From: Mobula birostris
Taxonomy: Eukaryota
Direction: 5' to 3'
Assembly (NCBI RefSeq): GCF_030028105.1
Contig: NC_092379.1
Location: 20,003,309-20,067,308 of the forward strand
DNA length: 64,000 bases
The first letter of the stretch is position 1; each line of letters begins with the position of its first letter. Below are positions 23,950-37,015 of this stretch, piece by piece. Position numbers and translations under genes: made by a program. Below the pieces are notes generated by a model that ran no database searches, was not told the origin of the DNA, and saw only the letters and a list, made by a program, of their open reading frames with translations.

Positions 23950-25070
23950 AAGACCATAGATAAGATATAGGAGCAGAATTAGGCCATTTGGCCCGTCGAG
24001 TCTGCTCCAGCATTTCATCATGGCTGATCCAATTTCCCTCTCAGCCCCAATCACCTGCCTTTTCCCAGTATCCTTTCATGTCTTGACTAATCAAGAATCT
24101 ATCAACTTCTTCCTTAAATAAACCCAGTGACTTGGGCACCACAGTTGCCTGTGGCAACGAATTGCACAGATTCACCACTCTCTGGCAAAAGAAATTCCTC
24201 CTCATCCCTGTTCTAATTGGACAACCTTCCATTCTGAGGCTGTGTTTTCTGGACTTAAGACTCCCCCACCATCGGAAACATCCTCTCCACATCCACTCTA
24301 TCGAAGTATTTCAACATTCGATAGGTTTCAATGAGATACCTTCCTCATTCTTCTGAATTCTAGTGAATACAGGCCCAGAGCCATCAAACAGTCCTTGTAT
24401 GAGAAGTCTTTCAATCCCAGAATCATTTTTGTGAACCTCCTTTGAATCCTTTTCCATGTCAGCACATCCTTTCTTAGATAAGGCACCCAAAACTGCTCAC
24501 CATATGACAAGTGAGCCTTCACCAGTGCCTGACATATCCTCAACATTACATCCTTGCTTTTATATTGTAGTCCTTTTGAAATGAATTCAAACATTACAGT
24601 TGTCTTCCCCACCACTAACTCAACCTGCAAATTAACCTTAATGTAATTCTGCATAAGGTCCCTTTGCACCTCAGATTTTTGAATTCTCTCTCCATTTAGA
24701 AAATAGTCTACACTTTTATTTCTTCTCCCAAAGTGAATGACCATGCATTTTCCAACACTTTATCATATCTGCCACTTTTTTACCCATTCTCCTAGTCTGT
24801 CTAGTTTCTGTAGCCGCTCTACTTTCTCAACTCTATCTCCCCCTCCACCTATCTTTGTGTTGTTCACAAACTTGGCCATAAAAGCCCTCAATTCCATAAT
24901 CAAAATCATTGACATTTCACGCGAAAAGAAGCGGTCCCAACACAGACCCTTGTGGAACACCACAAGCCACCAGCAGCTAACCAGAAAAGGCTCCCTTTAT
25001 TCCCACTCTTTGCCTCCTGCCAATCAGAGAATGATCTATCCATGCTATTATTTTTCCTGTAGTACCATGG
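23950..25070 (-). mobile_element. CR1 LINE 3' half
   Basis: FCQRVVNLCNSLPQ and YGEQFWVPYLRKD motifs. Same insertion point as the CR1 at 42945. Confidence 0.88.
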
Positions 25071-25080
25071 GTTGTTTGGC

Positions 25081-25220
25081 AACACACACGCAATGCTGGA
25101 GAAGCTCAGCAGGCCTGGCAGCATCTGTGATAAAGAGGAAACAGTCAAAGTTTCAGACTGATGAAGGATCTTGGCCCAAAATATCGTTTGTTTACTCTTT
25201 TCAATAGATGCTGCCTGGCA
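25081..25220. mobile_element. Degenerate Penelope tails in inverted arrangement
   Basis: ACACACACGCAATGCTGG...GCAGCATC (minus), followed by CTGATGAAGGATCTTGGCCC...GATGCTGCCTGGC (plus). Confidence 0.65.
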
Positions 25221-25639
25221 TCATCCTGTCTTTAGAATATTTCCTCTTTAGGATGCATCTGTATTGTGCCTTTCAAATTGCTCCCAGACTCTCCAGCCAT
25301 TCCTGCTCTACCGTCATCCCTGCGAGTGTCCCCTTCAATCAATTTTAGCCAGTCCTCTCTCATGCCTCTTTAATTCCCTTTACTCCACTGTATTATTGAT
25401 CTGTCTGAAGTTAGATTCTCCTTCTCAAATTAATTGTAGGGTGTATTACATCATGTTATGATCACTGGCTCCAAAAGGCTCCTTTTCCTTAAACTCTCTA
25501 CTCTAATCCGATTCATTGCACAACACCCAGTCCAGAACAGCTAATTACTGAGTGGGCTCATTCACCAACTGCTCCAAAAAAAAAACTTGTAGGCATTCTA
25601 CAAATTCTTTCCCTTGAATTCCAGTATCAAAATTATTTA

Positions 25640-27680
25640 GTAGAGCATGGACCATTTGTCCCTAAATGTTGTGCCGAACCATCTATAATGCAAATCAAAA
25701 ACACCCAAACACCAATCCTTCCCACCTACACCATGTCCATATCCCCTCTTCTTCCCTACATCCACTTGCCTATCCAAACATCTCTAATGTATTTGCCTCT
25801 ACCACCACACCAGGCAGCACGTTCCAGGCATCCTCCACTCTGAGTATAAAACTAACCCCTCACATTCCCTTGAACCTACCTCCTCTCACCTAAAATTCAT
25901 CCCCTCTGGTAGTAGATATTTCAACCCTGGGAAAGAGATATTCTCTTTCCACTCTATCTTTGTCTCTCAGATCCCTCCTGAGCCTCCAACACTCCAGAGA
26001 AAACAACCCAAGTTTATCTGGCCTCTCCTGATTGCATAGTCCCTTTAAACCAGGCAGTATCCTGGTAAACCTCTTCTGAACCCTCTCCAAAGCCTCAACA
26101 TCCTTCCAATAGTGGGGCAACTAGAATTGTCTGCAATACTTCAGTGTGGTTTAAGCTGAGTTTTATAAAGTTCCAACATAACCTCCTTACTTTTGAACTC
26201 AATGCCTTGACTAATAAAAGCAAGCATTCCATAAATCTTGTAAACGATCTGATCAGCCTGGGTAGCCACTTTCGAGGAGTTATGAACTTGGATCACAAGA
26301 TCTCTTGGCTCAGCAACACTGTTGAGGACCTTTCCCTTAACAGTGTACTGTCCCCTTGCATTTCCCCTCCCGAGGTGTAACACTTCACATTTATCTGGGT
26401 TAACCTCCATCTGCTATTTCTCAGCCCACATCTGGAGCTGATCAATGTTGTGCTGTATTCTTTGCCTGGCTTCGACATTATCCACAACTCCACCAGTCTT
26501 GATATAATTTAAAATTTACTAACCCACCCATCCGCATTGTCATCCAGATCATTTATATACATTACAAATAGCAGAGGCTTCAGCACAGTTTGCTGCGGAA
26601 CTCCACTAATCACAGACCTCCAGCTCGAATGTTCCTTCAACCACTACCCTCTGTCTTCTATGCGCAAGCCAGTTCTGAATCCAAACAGCTAATTTGCCAT
26701 GGATCCAATGCATCTTAATCTTCTAGATTAGCCTCCATGAGGGACTTTGTCAAATAGCTTTCTAAAATCCATGTGGACAACATACACTACCCTACCCTCA
26801 TCGATCTGTCTTGTCACCTTATCAAAAGTCTCAGTCAAGTTGATAAGACACGACTTGCCCCACACAAAACCATGCTGGCTCTCCCTAATTTGGTCATGGG
26901 TTTCCAAATGCCCAGATATTCTATCGCTTGGATTTTTCTCCAGCAATTTCCCAACGATTGATGTGAGTCTCACTGGTCCATAGCTCTCTGAATGTTCCCT
27001 TCTTCCCTTTTTAAATAGAGATACAACATTAGCCACTTGCCAGTCCTCTGGGACCTCACCTGTGGTGAGAGAGAACACAAAGATACTGGTCAAGGGCCCA
27101 GCATTCTCACCTCTTGCATCGTTCAAAAACCTGGAGTAAATCCCATCCGGCCCTAGGATTTATCCATCTTAATCCTCATTAGGAGGCCCAGCACTTCCTC
27201 CTCCTTGACCTCTAAACACCCAAATGTATTTATATACTCGGCACTGCTCTCCTAGTCCTCCAGATGCTTTTCCTTGGTAAATAATGAACCAAAGTACTCA
27301 TTAAGTACCTCACTCACATCCTCTGAATCCAAGCAAATGTCCCCCTCTTTATCCAAGAGTGGTCCCACCCTTTCCTGAGTTATCCTCTTAATCTTGATGT
27401 ATGTATAAAATGCCTTTGGATTTACCTTAATCCTACTTGCTAAGGACTTTTCATGGCCCCTCCTGGCTTTCCTAATTCTCTTCTTTAGTTCCTTTCTAGT
27501 TTCTTTATGTTCCTCATGAGCTTCATTTGATCCAAACTTCTGAAGTTTTACATACTTTTTGTTTTTCTTCTTGACTAAATTCATCACCTCTCTGGATATC
27601 CAAGGTTCTCTTATATTCCATCCCCATCCTCCTTCTAACAGGTACATACCTTTCCCGTACTCTGTGCAATTGCTCTTTAA
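25640..27680 (-). mobile_element. CR1 LINE ORF2 (different subfamily), decayed
   Basis: ORFs 27252-27647, 26728-27126, 26141-26410 and 25890-26120 are successive CR1 ORF2 segments. Confidence 0.88.
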
Positions 27681-28757
27681 ACACCCTCCACTCTTTAAGA
27701 AGGGAGTAAGGCAAAATAAAGGAAATTATAGGCCAATTAGCCTAAACTCATTAGTTGGGAAAGTGTTGGAGTCTCTAATTAAGGATGAGGTTTTGAGGTA
27801 TTTGGAGACTAATGATAACAGAAGTCAAAGTCAGCGTAGTTTCTGCAATGGGAAATCTTGCCTGACAAATCTGTTAGAGTTCTTTGAGGAAGTAACAAGC
27901 AGGGTGGACAAAGGAGAGGCAGTGGATGTCATTTACTTGGATTTTCTGAAGGCATTTGTTTAGGTGCCACAACTGGGGCTATAAAATCCTATGATGTAAC
28001 AGGAAATATACTGGCATGGATAGAGGAACGGTTGACAGACAGGAAGTAGTGAGCAGTAATAAAAGGGGCCTTTCTCTGGTTGGTTGCCAGTATCTGTGGT
28101 GTTCCTCAGGGGTCAGTATTGAGACCGCTACTTTCCACTTTGTTTGTTTCTGATTTGGATTATGGAATTGATGGCTTTGTGGCAAAGTTTGCAGAAGATG
28201 CGAAGATAGATGGAAGGGTAGGTAGTCCTGAGGAAGTAATGCGATTGCAGCAGGAGTTAAACAGATTGGAAGAATGGGCAATAAAGTGGCAGATGGAATA
28301 CACTGTTGGGAACTGTATGGGGAGAAGGTTCAAACAGCAGAGGTGCGGAGGGACTCATGCAAGACTCTTGAAAGCTTAATTTACAGGGCGAGTCTGTGGT
28401 AAAGAAGGCAAATGCAATGTTGGCATTTATTTCAAGGGGAATAGAATATAAAAGCAGGGAGATAATGCTGAGGCTTTATAAGACACTAATCAGGCCGCAC
28501 TTCGAATATGTCAACAAATTTTATCCTGAGAGTGGTGAATCTGTGGAATGCTCCGCCACAAACTGCAGTGGAGGCCAAGTCCGTGGGTTTACTTAAGGCA
28601 GAAGTTGATAGTTTCCTGATCAGTCAGGGCATCTAAGGATATGGTGAGAAGGCAGGTGTATGGGGTTGACTGGATTCTGGGATCAGCCACGATGGAATGG
28701 CAGGGCAGCCTTGATGGGCTGAATGGCCTAATACTACCCCTGTCTCATGGTCTTATG
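27681..28757 (+). mobile_element. CR1 LINE RT fragment with 3' tail
   Basis: [34 protein letters not shown] motifs. Confidence 0.88.
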
Positions 28758-28779
28758 TCTGATGTGGACTTGCCAGAGA

Positions 28780-29990
28780 AAAGGTGTTCCCAATTAATGC
28801 TTCTTCGTTCCTGCCTAATGCCCTTGTAAATTGCCCTGTATCAATTTAAACCTCTTCCACAAGGACCATACCTATCCTTGTTGATAGCTATCCTGAATGT
28901 TAACGAGTTGTGGTCACGATTCCCGAACTGTTCGCCCACTGAAAGGTCAGTCACCTGGCCAGGCTCATTCCCCAACACCAGGTGCAGTATGGCCCCTCCT
29001 TTCATTGCACCGTGCACATATTGATTTAAGAAACCTACTTAACAAATTCAAACCCATCTGAACCCCTTACACTTAAAAAGGTTCCAGTTTATATTTGGGA
29101 ATTTGAAATTTCTCATGACAACAACCCTATTATTTTTACACATTTCCTCAAACTGTTTACATATCTGTTCCTCAACGTCCTGGTGGCTATTAGGGGGTCT
29201 GTAGTACAATCCCAGCAGTGTAATTGCACCATACCTATTCCTGAGTCTGACCACTCTATTACATATCCTCTGAATGCAGCTGTGATATTGTCCCTGATTA
29301 GGACTGCAACTGCCTCCCCCTTACCTCCTCTATCTTTTCTAAAACTTCAAAAACCTGGCACATTAATCACCCATTCCTGCCCCTTTCTCAGCCAAGTTTC
29401 AATAATGTCTACAACATCGTAGTTCCACGTACTGATCCAAGCTCTGATTTCATCACCCTTACCCATAATAGTCCCAGCATTAAAATATACACACTTCAAA
29501 CTATCTGACCCATCAAACCTGTTATTTCAGTTTTGCCTTTCAGTACCTTCTCTGACATCTAACTTCTGATCAGATCCATCCCCTACTGATCTGGGGCTCT
29601 GGTTCTCAGCCCCCTACAAAACTAGTTTAAACTCTCCCAAGTAGCATCAGCAAACCTCACAAACGGGATATTGGTTCCCCTGCAGTTCAGGTGCAACCCG
29701 TCTCATTCTACCTGTATATTGAAATTCCTGATGACTATCTTAACATTGCGCTTTTGACGTGCATTTTCTATCTCCCGTTGTAATTTGCAGACTACATTCT
29801 TGCTACTGTTCGGAGGTCTGTATATAACCCTCATCAAGGATTTTTACCTTTGCTGTTTCTTAGCTCTACCAACAACAATTCTACACCTTCCAATGCTTTG
29901 TCACCTCTTTCTAATCACTTGATTTAATTTTTTACTAACACAGCCACACCACACCTTCTGCCTACGTGCCTGTCCTTTCAATACAATGTG
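28780..29990 (-). mobile_element. Old CR1 endonuclease fragments
   Basis: LLGLYYRPPNS...VVVMRNFKFPNINW (29048-29254). Confidence 0.7.
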
Positions 29991-30029
29991 TATCCTTGGA
30001 CATCAAGCTCCCAACTTAGATGTACTGTG

Positions 30030-30428
30030 GGAGCATTCTAAGTGGCTGCATCACCATCTGGTATGGGGAGTGAGGGGCCTCCACAGTATCCAGGATATCT
30101 TCAAGGAGCAATGCTTCAAAAAGGTGGCATGCATCATTAAGGACCCCTATTACCCAGGCCAGGCCTTGCTCACACACTCAACTATTCAGGAACGACTTTT
30201 TCCCCCTCTGTCATCTGATTCCTGAATGGAAGTTGAACCCATGAACACTACCTCATGATTGTTTTACTTCTACTTTGCACAATTTATTTAATGGTAACTA
30301 TTTAATAAATATGTGTATACACACTATTCTCAGGTTTTTTTCTCTATTATTATGTATCGCATTGTACTGCTTCCACAGAGACAACAGAGTTCATGATATA
30401 TGCCGGTGATATTAAGCTTGATTCTGAT
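30030..30428 (+). mobile_element. Rex/Babar LINE 3' fragment
   Basis: KKVACIIKDPYYPG motif and GATATTAAGCTTGATTCTGA-type tail like that at 11900. Confidence 0.65.
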
Positions 30429-30439
30429 AGATCAGGAGA

Positions 30440-31290
30440 ATATGCTGGAATGCCGGCTGTTTGAAAAGGCTGACTGGGGAAAGTTTGAAGAAATAAGTGA
30501 TTAGGAATGACAAATATTGAAATCAATCAGGATGTGGATCTTTTATGTGACAAGATTGTAGAAGGGATAATGATAGCGGCAACAATAAGTATGCCAAGGA
30601 AATGGAATAGAGCTAAAAAGAAAATGGTACCATGGTGGAGAAAAGACCGTGCGGATTGTAATAGAGCATTCAGAATGGAAAAGAGGACACGCAATTTTCC
30701 AAAACTAATTAAGTGTAAAAATATGCAAGCAATAGTAAGAAAAGCAATTTGAAAGGAGAAACAGGAATATTGGAGTAAGCTGATAGGAAATCCTTGAAAG
30801 CAATATGTATCGGATTAATAAGATCAATATTGGACTATGGAAGTGTGGTATATGGACCAGCATCACACTGTGTGCTCAATAAACTGGATATAATTCAAAG
30901 TCAAGCATTAAGGTTAATCAGTGGGGCAAAAGGACAACACCAGTGGTGGCAATGCAGGTGGAGTTGGGAGAGACACCTCTGCAACTGAGAAGATCACAGC
31001 TTGTGTTAACATATTGGGTAAAGGACCTGGAGAACATCATCCAAGTGAACAGCTTTTAGATCCATGCTGGGGAAAAGCGGGGAAAGAAATTCAGAAGTTT
31101 TGCATGGACTATTGGAGGGAAAGCAGAAAGGACAGGAATTAGTAACAAGGCAGCGAGTGATACAGTACCTTTTCCTGGGCTGACTCCATGACTGTGTGAA
31201 GCACCAGAGGTGGATCATAAAGTATTCAAAAAGAGACAGGAAAATAAAGAAGTGAGCTTAAATCACGATATTGTTGAATGTTAAGTAAAT
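30440..31290 (+). mobile_element. Internally deleted I/Nimb-clade-like LINE ORF2 fragment
   Basis: KADWGKF...AATISMP...VPWW...FRMEKR joined directly to LIRSILDYGSVVYGPAS...LNKLDIIQSQALRLISGA...PVVAMQVELGE.PLQLRR. The RT core is missing. Confidence 0.65.
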
Positions 31291-34200
31291 AATAATTATT
31301 ATGGATATTTACAAAAAGGATCACAGGATTATTGCTTTAAATATATAGTGCAGTTCCTTAAGAACTCAGGTCCTTTTTTTCATATTTGATACAAATATAA
31401 ATATGGGGTCAAGATATGTTGACCCAAACTCCAGTCAGAAGGTGGTGGTAATGCATCTTAAAGCTGTTTGATGACTGCCATCAAACCTTAGAAACCTATC
31501 AACTATGGAAAGGCCCAGATGGAGTTCATGTGGAGAGGGTGTTTGCGAGAGTGTAGGGATGTAAACATACACAGGCCATTTCCATCCTGCTGAAGGATCT
31601 CAGCCCTAAACATCGACTGTACTCTTTTCCATTGATGTTTCCTGGCCTGCTGAGATCCTCCAACACTTTGTGTGTGTTCCCACCATAGGCTGTTTGCTGA
31701 AGGAAGACAGAGAAGGAAAACATCAGAGTAAAAGTCAGGCAGACACAGTAAAACAGACCTTCCATGTACCTGTTCTATCCCTGCCGTCATTGTTTAAAGG
31801 GCCTGCCGGACCTCCCACCTGTCTTTCATCTGGTTAGAGAACCATACAGATGGCCTGTCTCAATTGGTTGGAGGTCTGCATGTTCCCACCCTCCCTTTAT
31901 ATCTCCATTGGTTTGTGCATAGGGACGTCATATGTATTGCCCTACCATTGGTCAAGATTTTTTTAGTCATGGTGGGGGTTGAAGAGCATGAAAATCTTTC
32001 AGAAAGGTCCATTTGGTTCAAAAGATTAAAGTTGATGTTTCAGCAAAGCTGAAAAATTGTCAAGGGAAATATTTTTAAGATTAAACACAGAAAACCAAGC
32101 AACACACACACAATGCTAGAGGAACTCAGCAGGCCAGGTAGCATCTATGGAAAAGAATACAATCGACATTTCAGGCCGAGATGAAGTGAGGCCTCAACAG
32201 TGCTTTATAAAGTCTCAACATTACATCCTTGCTTTAATATTCCAGTCCTCTGGAAATGAATGCTAACATCGCATGTGTCTTCCTCACCACAGGCTCAACC
32301 TGCAAATTAACCAACACAAGGTCTTCCAAATCCCTTTCTGCCTCAGAGTTTTGTATTTTCTCTCCATTTAGAAAATAGTTAACCCTTTCATTTCTTCTAC
32401 CAAATGGTATGACAATACACTTCCAAACATTGTGTACCATCTACCACTTCTTTGCCCATTCTCCAAATCTGTCTAAACCTTTCTGTAGCATCTCTATTTC
32501 CTCAAAATTACCTGCCCATCCACTTATTTTCGTATCTTCTGCAAAGTTTGCAAAAACACCATCAATTCCAACATTCAGATCATTGGCAAATAACGTAAAA
32601 AGAATTCGTCCCATCACAGACCCACATGGAACACCACTAGTCACCAGCTCACTTTATTTCCTCTCTTTGCCTCCTGCCAATCAGTCATTGTTTTATATAT
32701 ACTAGGATCTTTCCTGTAATACCATGGCTCATAAAATGTTAGGCAACCTCATGTGTGGCACCTTGTCAAAGGCCTTCTGAAAATCCAAGTACACAACATC
32801 AACTGATTCTCCTTTGTCTATCCTGCTTGTTATTTCTTCAAAGAGTTCCAATGGATTTGTCAGGAAAGGTTTTCCCTTGAGGAAACCATGTTAACTTCTG
32901 CCCATTTTATCATGTGCCTCCAAGTACAGTACCCCAAAACCACATCCTTGTAAATTAAGTCCAACATCTTCCCAAACACTGAGGTCAGACTAACTGGCCT
33001 ATAATTTCCTTTCTTCTGCCTCTTTCCCTTCTTGAAGAGTGGAATGACATTTGCAATTTTCCAGTCTTCCGGAACCATTCTGGAATCTATTGATTTTATA
33101 AAGATCATTAGTAATACCTCCACAATCTCTTCAGCCACCTCTTTCTGAATGTTGTGGCATACACCGTTTGGTCCAGGTGACTTATCTACCTTCAGAACTT
33201 GCAGTCTCTCAAGAATCTTCTCTGTAGTAATGGTAGCTTCACACATTTCATGACCTCTGACACCTGGAACTTCTACCAAATTGCTAGTGTCTTCCTCAGT
33301 GAAGACTGATGAAAAATATATTTATTCAGTTCATCTGCCATTTCCTTGTCCCCATTACTACCTTTCCAGCATCATTGTCCAGTGGTCCGATATCCACATT
33401 CTCCTCTGTTTTACACCTCATGTTTCAGAAGACACTTTTGATGTCCTATTTAATATTATTGGCAAGCTTACTTTCATATTCCATCTTAACCTTCTTACTG
33501 ACTTTTTTAGTTGCCTCGTTGGTTTTTAAAAGCTTCCCAATCCCAGTTTCAGGTGAATTTGATCATATTGTGATCACTTACCTTGAAGGATTCTTTTACC
33601 TTAAGCTCTCCAATCAATTCCAGTTCATTGTACAACACCTAATCGAGAACAGTCAATCTGCCTGCAAGGATATTGGACCCCTTCTGGTCACCTGTCCCTT
33701 TTGTACATGTCATACCTTCTCTAGAAGAGATCCCAAAGATCCATATATCTGAACCTCTGCCCCCTGCTCCAGTTCCTCAGCCAAGTATTCACCTGCCAAG
33801 TCACCTTATTCTTACCCTTACTGGCATGTGGCACAGGCAGCGATCTGGAGTTTACTCCCCTGGAGGTCCTGTTTCTCAGCTTTCTCCCTTGAAACCTAAA
33901 ATCTTTCCTTCAGGACCTCCTCACCTTGATAACCTATGTCACTGGTGCCAGTATATACCAAGACTGTTAGAAGAGTCCTTGATGAGGATGGTTTGGACCC
34001 AATTGCTTGGCTATCCAAAGCAAAGTTTGAGACACAGTATCAAATCAGATCTGAGCACAAAACCAACACTAGACGATATCAAGAGTAGGTTGATGATTGA
34101 GCACCGAACTTCTGTTCAGCTGTTCCTTAAGTACTCAATTCTTGGTGCCCAAAACTTGATTCCCAATTTGCGGGACTATCCTGAACCCTTAAAGGGTCTA

Positions 34201-36795
34201 TCTGTACTCTGTCTTGTAACGGGCACCCCTCCACAATGGCTGTCTGCTGATGGCCATGGCTGCTCGGAGAGGTATGATGATAGTCATGGATGAGGGCCGA
34301 ATCTAAGATGTCTCTATCAGGCACCCAGCACCTATCCTCAGCTCTGAATCCTTCCCAGTCCATGAGGTATTTCCGAAGACCCCAAACAGTATACGAATCC
34401 AAAAGTCTACTCACTGTGAAGACCTGTTCCCCCTCAATAAACCTGGGTGGCAGTGGGGCTGATGATGCTGGGGATAAGGGGGTTGATGCAGACAGGGTTT
34501 AATTTAGGGATGTGGAAGGTGGGATTGACCTTTCGGGTCTTGGAGAGCTGCAAGGTATAAGCCACCGGGTTTACTTTCCTCAGGAATTTGAAGGGTCCAA
34601 CGAACTTGGGCACCAACTTTCTAGATTCCACCTGGAGATGCAAATCATGAGTGGACAGTCAGACCTGTTCTCCAGGCTGTAAAGCGGGTCCCTGTCTTCT
34701 CCTTCGGTTCAACTTGGTCTCCGCCCTCTGGGTAAAGACGAGCAAAATTTCTCTTTCCCTAATCCATCTCTCCTTTCAGCGTTGGATAAAATATCCATCT
34801 GCAGGGATCTCAACCCCGTCTTCCTGTTCTGGAAAGACAGGCAGAGGATAACGAAACTGGCACTTGAACGATGACATTCCATGCACTGAATGCTGTAAAG
34901 TGTTGTGGGCAAACTCTGCCCATGTCAAATGGTCACACCTCTCATTAGGTCTTTCTGAGGCCAGGCATCTTAGGGTATGTTCTAAATCTTTGTTGGTCCT
35001 CTCCGTCTGAGCATTGGATTGTGGATGAAACCCAAAGGAAAGGCTTGCTCTTGCCCCTGTCTGTTTACAGAATGCCTTCCAGAAATATGATGTGAATTGT
35101 GAACCACAATCTGAGACAGTGTCCACCAGGAACCTGGATCCGGAATACCTGGTCCAGGACAATTTCAGCCGTCTCCACTGCAGATGGTAGCTTCTCCAAT
35201 GCAATGAACTTGCAGGCTTTTGTAAACCGATTGATAATTACCATGATGACCGACTTCCCTTTAGATGGCGGGAGACCCGTGACAAAGTCCATGTAGATGT
35301 GCGCTCAAGGTCTTCCAGGACAGGTAGGGGATGGAGGGGCCCTTGAGATCAGATTCGGGGCTCCTTGTTCTGGTTGCACAGCCCATATGCCTGCAGGTAC
35401 TGCCAAAGCTCTTCCATCATTCCAGCCACTAATACCTTCTCTTGATAAACTTGAGGGTCCTACCAATCCTTGGGTGTGTGGTCATTCTCGACGAATGTCC
35501 CCATTGGAGTACCTGGGACTGGACGGAACTTGGGACAAAGAGCTGACCCGGAGGGCCATTCTTCGAAATCCCCCCTTGCGCTTAGGCCTTGTGGACAAGA
35601 GTGTCGATTCCCCAACAAATTGACGCAACCACCCTGACTTGGGGCAAAATGGTGGTCGGCTGCTCCTCTCGTTCCGTTTCATCAAACTTGCGAACAGGGC
35701 ATCTGGCTTCTGGTTCTTTTACCCCAGTCGAAAGGTCAGGATGAATTCAAAATGGTTAAAGAACAAAGACCACCTGGCCTGCCTGGAATTCAGCCTCTTG
35801 ACCTCCTGAATATAAGCCATGTTCTGGTGGTCAGTCCAAACAATAGAAGAGTCCCTAGCCCCCTCGAGCCAGTGACACCATTTCTCCAAAGCTAACAACT
35901 GCAGGGAGCCTCTTGATTCCTTTTGCCATAGTTCCCCTCTGCCAGGGATAGCTTCCTGTGGAAGAATGCACATGGGTGCAGTTTACTGTCTGAAGGCGAT
36001 CGTTGAGACAGGACAGTATCCACTCCGATGGCTGAGGCGTCACTTCCATGAGAAGGGGAGTTCTGTGTTAGGAGAAATCAAGATGAGAGCTGCTGTGAAG
36101 CTCTGTTAGGGCCAACAAAAGCAGCCTCTGCTTCAGCAGTCCAGGCAAAAGGGCCCGTAAAATTCTTAGTCAGTGACATCAGCGGAGCTGCCACAGAGCG
36201 AAATTCCTGTTGAACTTCTGGTTGAAGTTTGCAGATCCGAAGAATCGCTGGACTCCTTTAATTCTAGATGTTGGTGGCCAATCTCTGACTACACGGGTCT
36301 TGGTAGGTCCATCTTGAGATTGTCGTTGGAGATGATGAATGCCAAAAATGAAACAGCCGTAATGTGAAACTTGGACCTCCAACTTGAAATAAATCCATTC
36401 TCGAAAAGCCTTTTTAAAATGTCTCTGATGTGAATGGCATTTTCCACCATGGGCTTTGAGAAGATTGGGATATCATCCATGTAGATGAAGGAATACTTAT
36501 GGAGAGTATCTCGGAGCATGTTGTTTATAAAGGCCTGGAAAATGGCTGGAGCCTTCACAAGGCTGAAAGGCAAAACCAGGTACTGGTAGTGCCCCGTCAG
36601 TGTATTGAATGCAGTCTTCCACTCATCACCTTCCCTTATATAGACCAGATTGTCTGCACACCGTCATTCCAGATTTGTGAATACGCTCACTCTTGGAGCA
36701 TCTCGGACGTATTTGTGAGTGGTAGGGGGTTGCGATATTTGGCCTTCATGTGATTTAATCCCCTATAATCAATGCATGGCCGTAGGCTCTCATCC

Positions 36796-37015
36796 ATCCC
36801 TCCCCCTCCTGTCTTCTCCTGTCATTTTGGATCTCCCCCTCCCCCTCCCACTTTCAAATCTCTTACTAACTCTTCCTTCAGTTAGTCCTGACGAAGGGTC
36901 TCGGCCTGAAACGTCGACTGTACCTCTTCCTAGAGATGCTGCCTGGCCTGCTGCATTCACCAGCAACTTTGATGTGTGTTGCTTGAATTTCCAGCATCTG
37001 CAGAATTCCTGTTGA
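36796..37015 (+). mobile_element. Penelope terminal repeat inserted in Gypsy RT
   Basis: 8-bp TSD TCTCATCC (36788-36795, 37016-37023). Its 5' part matches the end of the Penelope element at about 63930-64000. Confidence 0.88.
36883..36920 (+). ncRNA. Minimal type I hammerhead ribozyme motif (Penelope-associated)
   Basis: UAGUC-CUGACGA-A-GGGU(CUCG)GCCU-GAAAC-GUC/GACUG. Stem I UAGUC:GACUG, conserved core, 4-bp stem II, palindromic ACGU stem III; predicted cleavage after 36915. Confidence 0.7.

Noticed and set aside
25688-25695. Octamer ATGCAAAT as an Ig regulatory site
   Set aside because: An isolated match at a repeat boundary; another lies inside Gypsy. Expected by chance.
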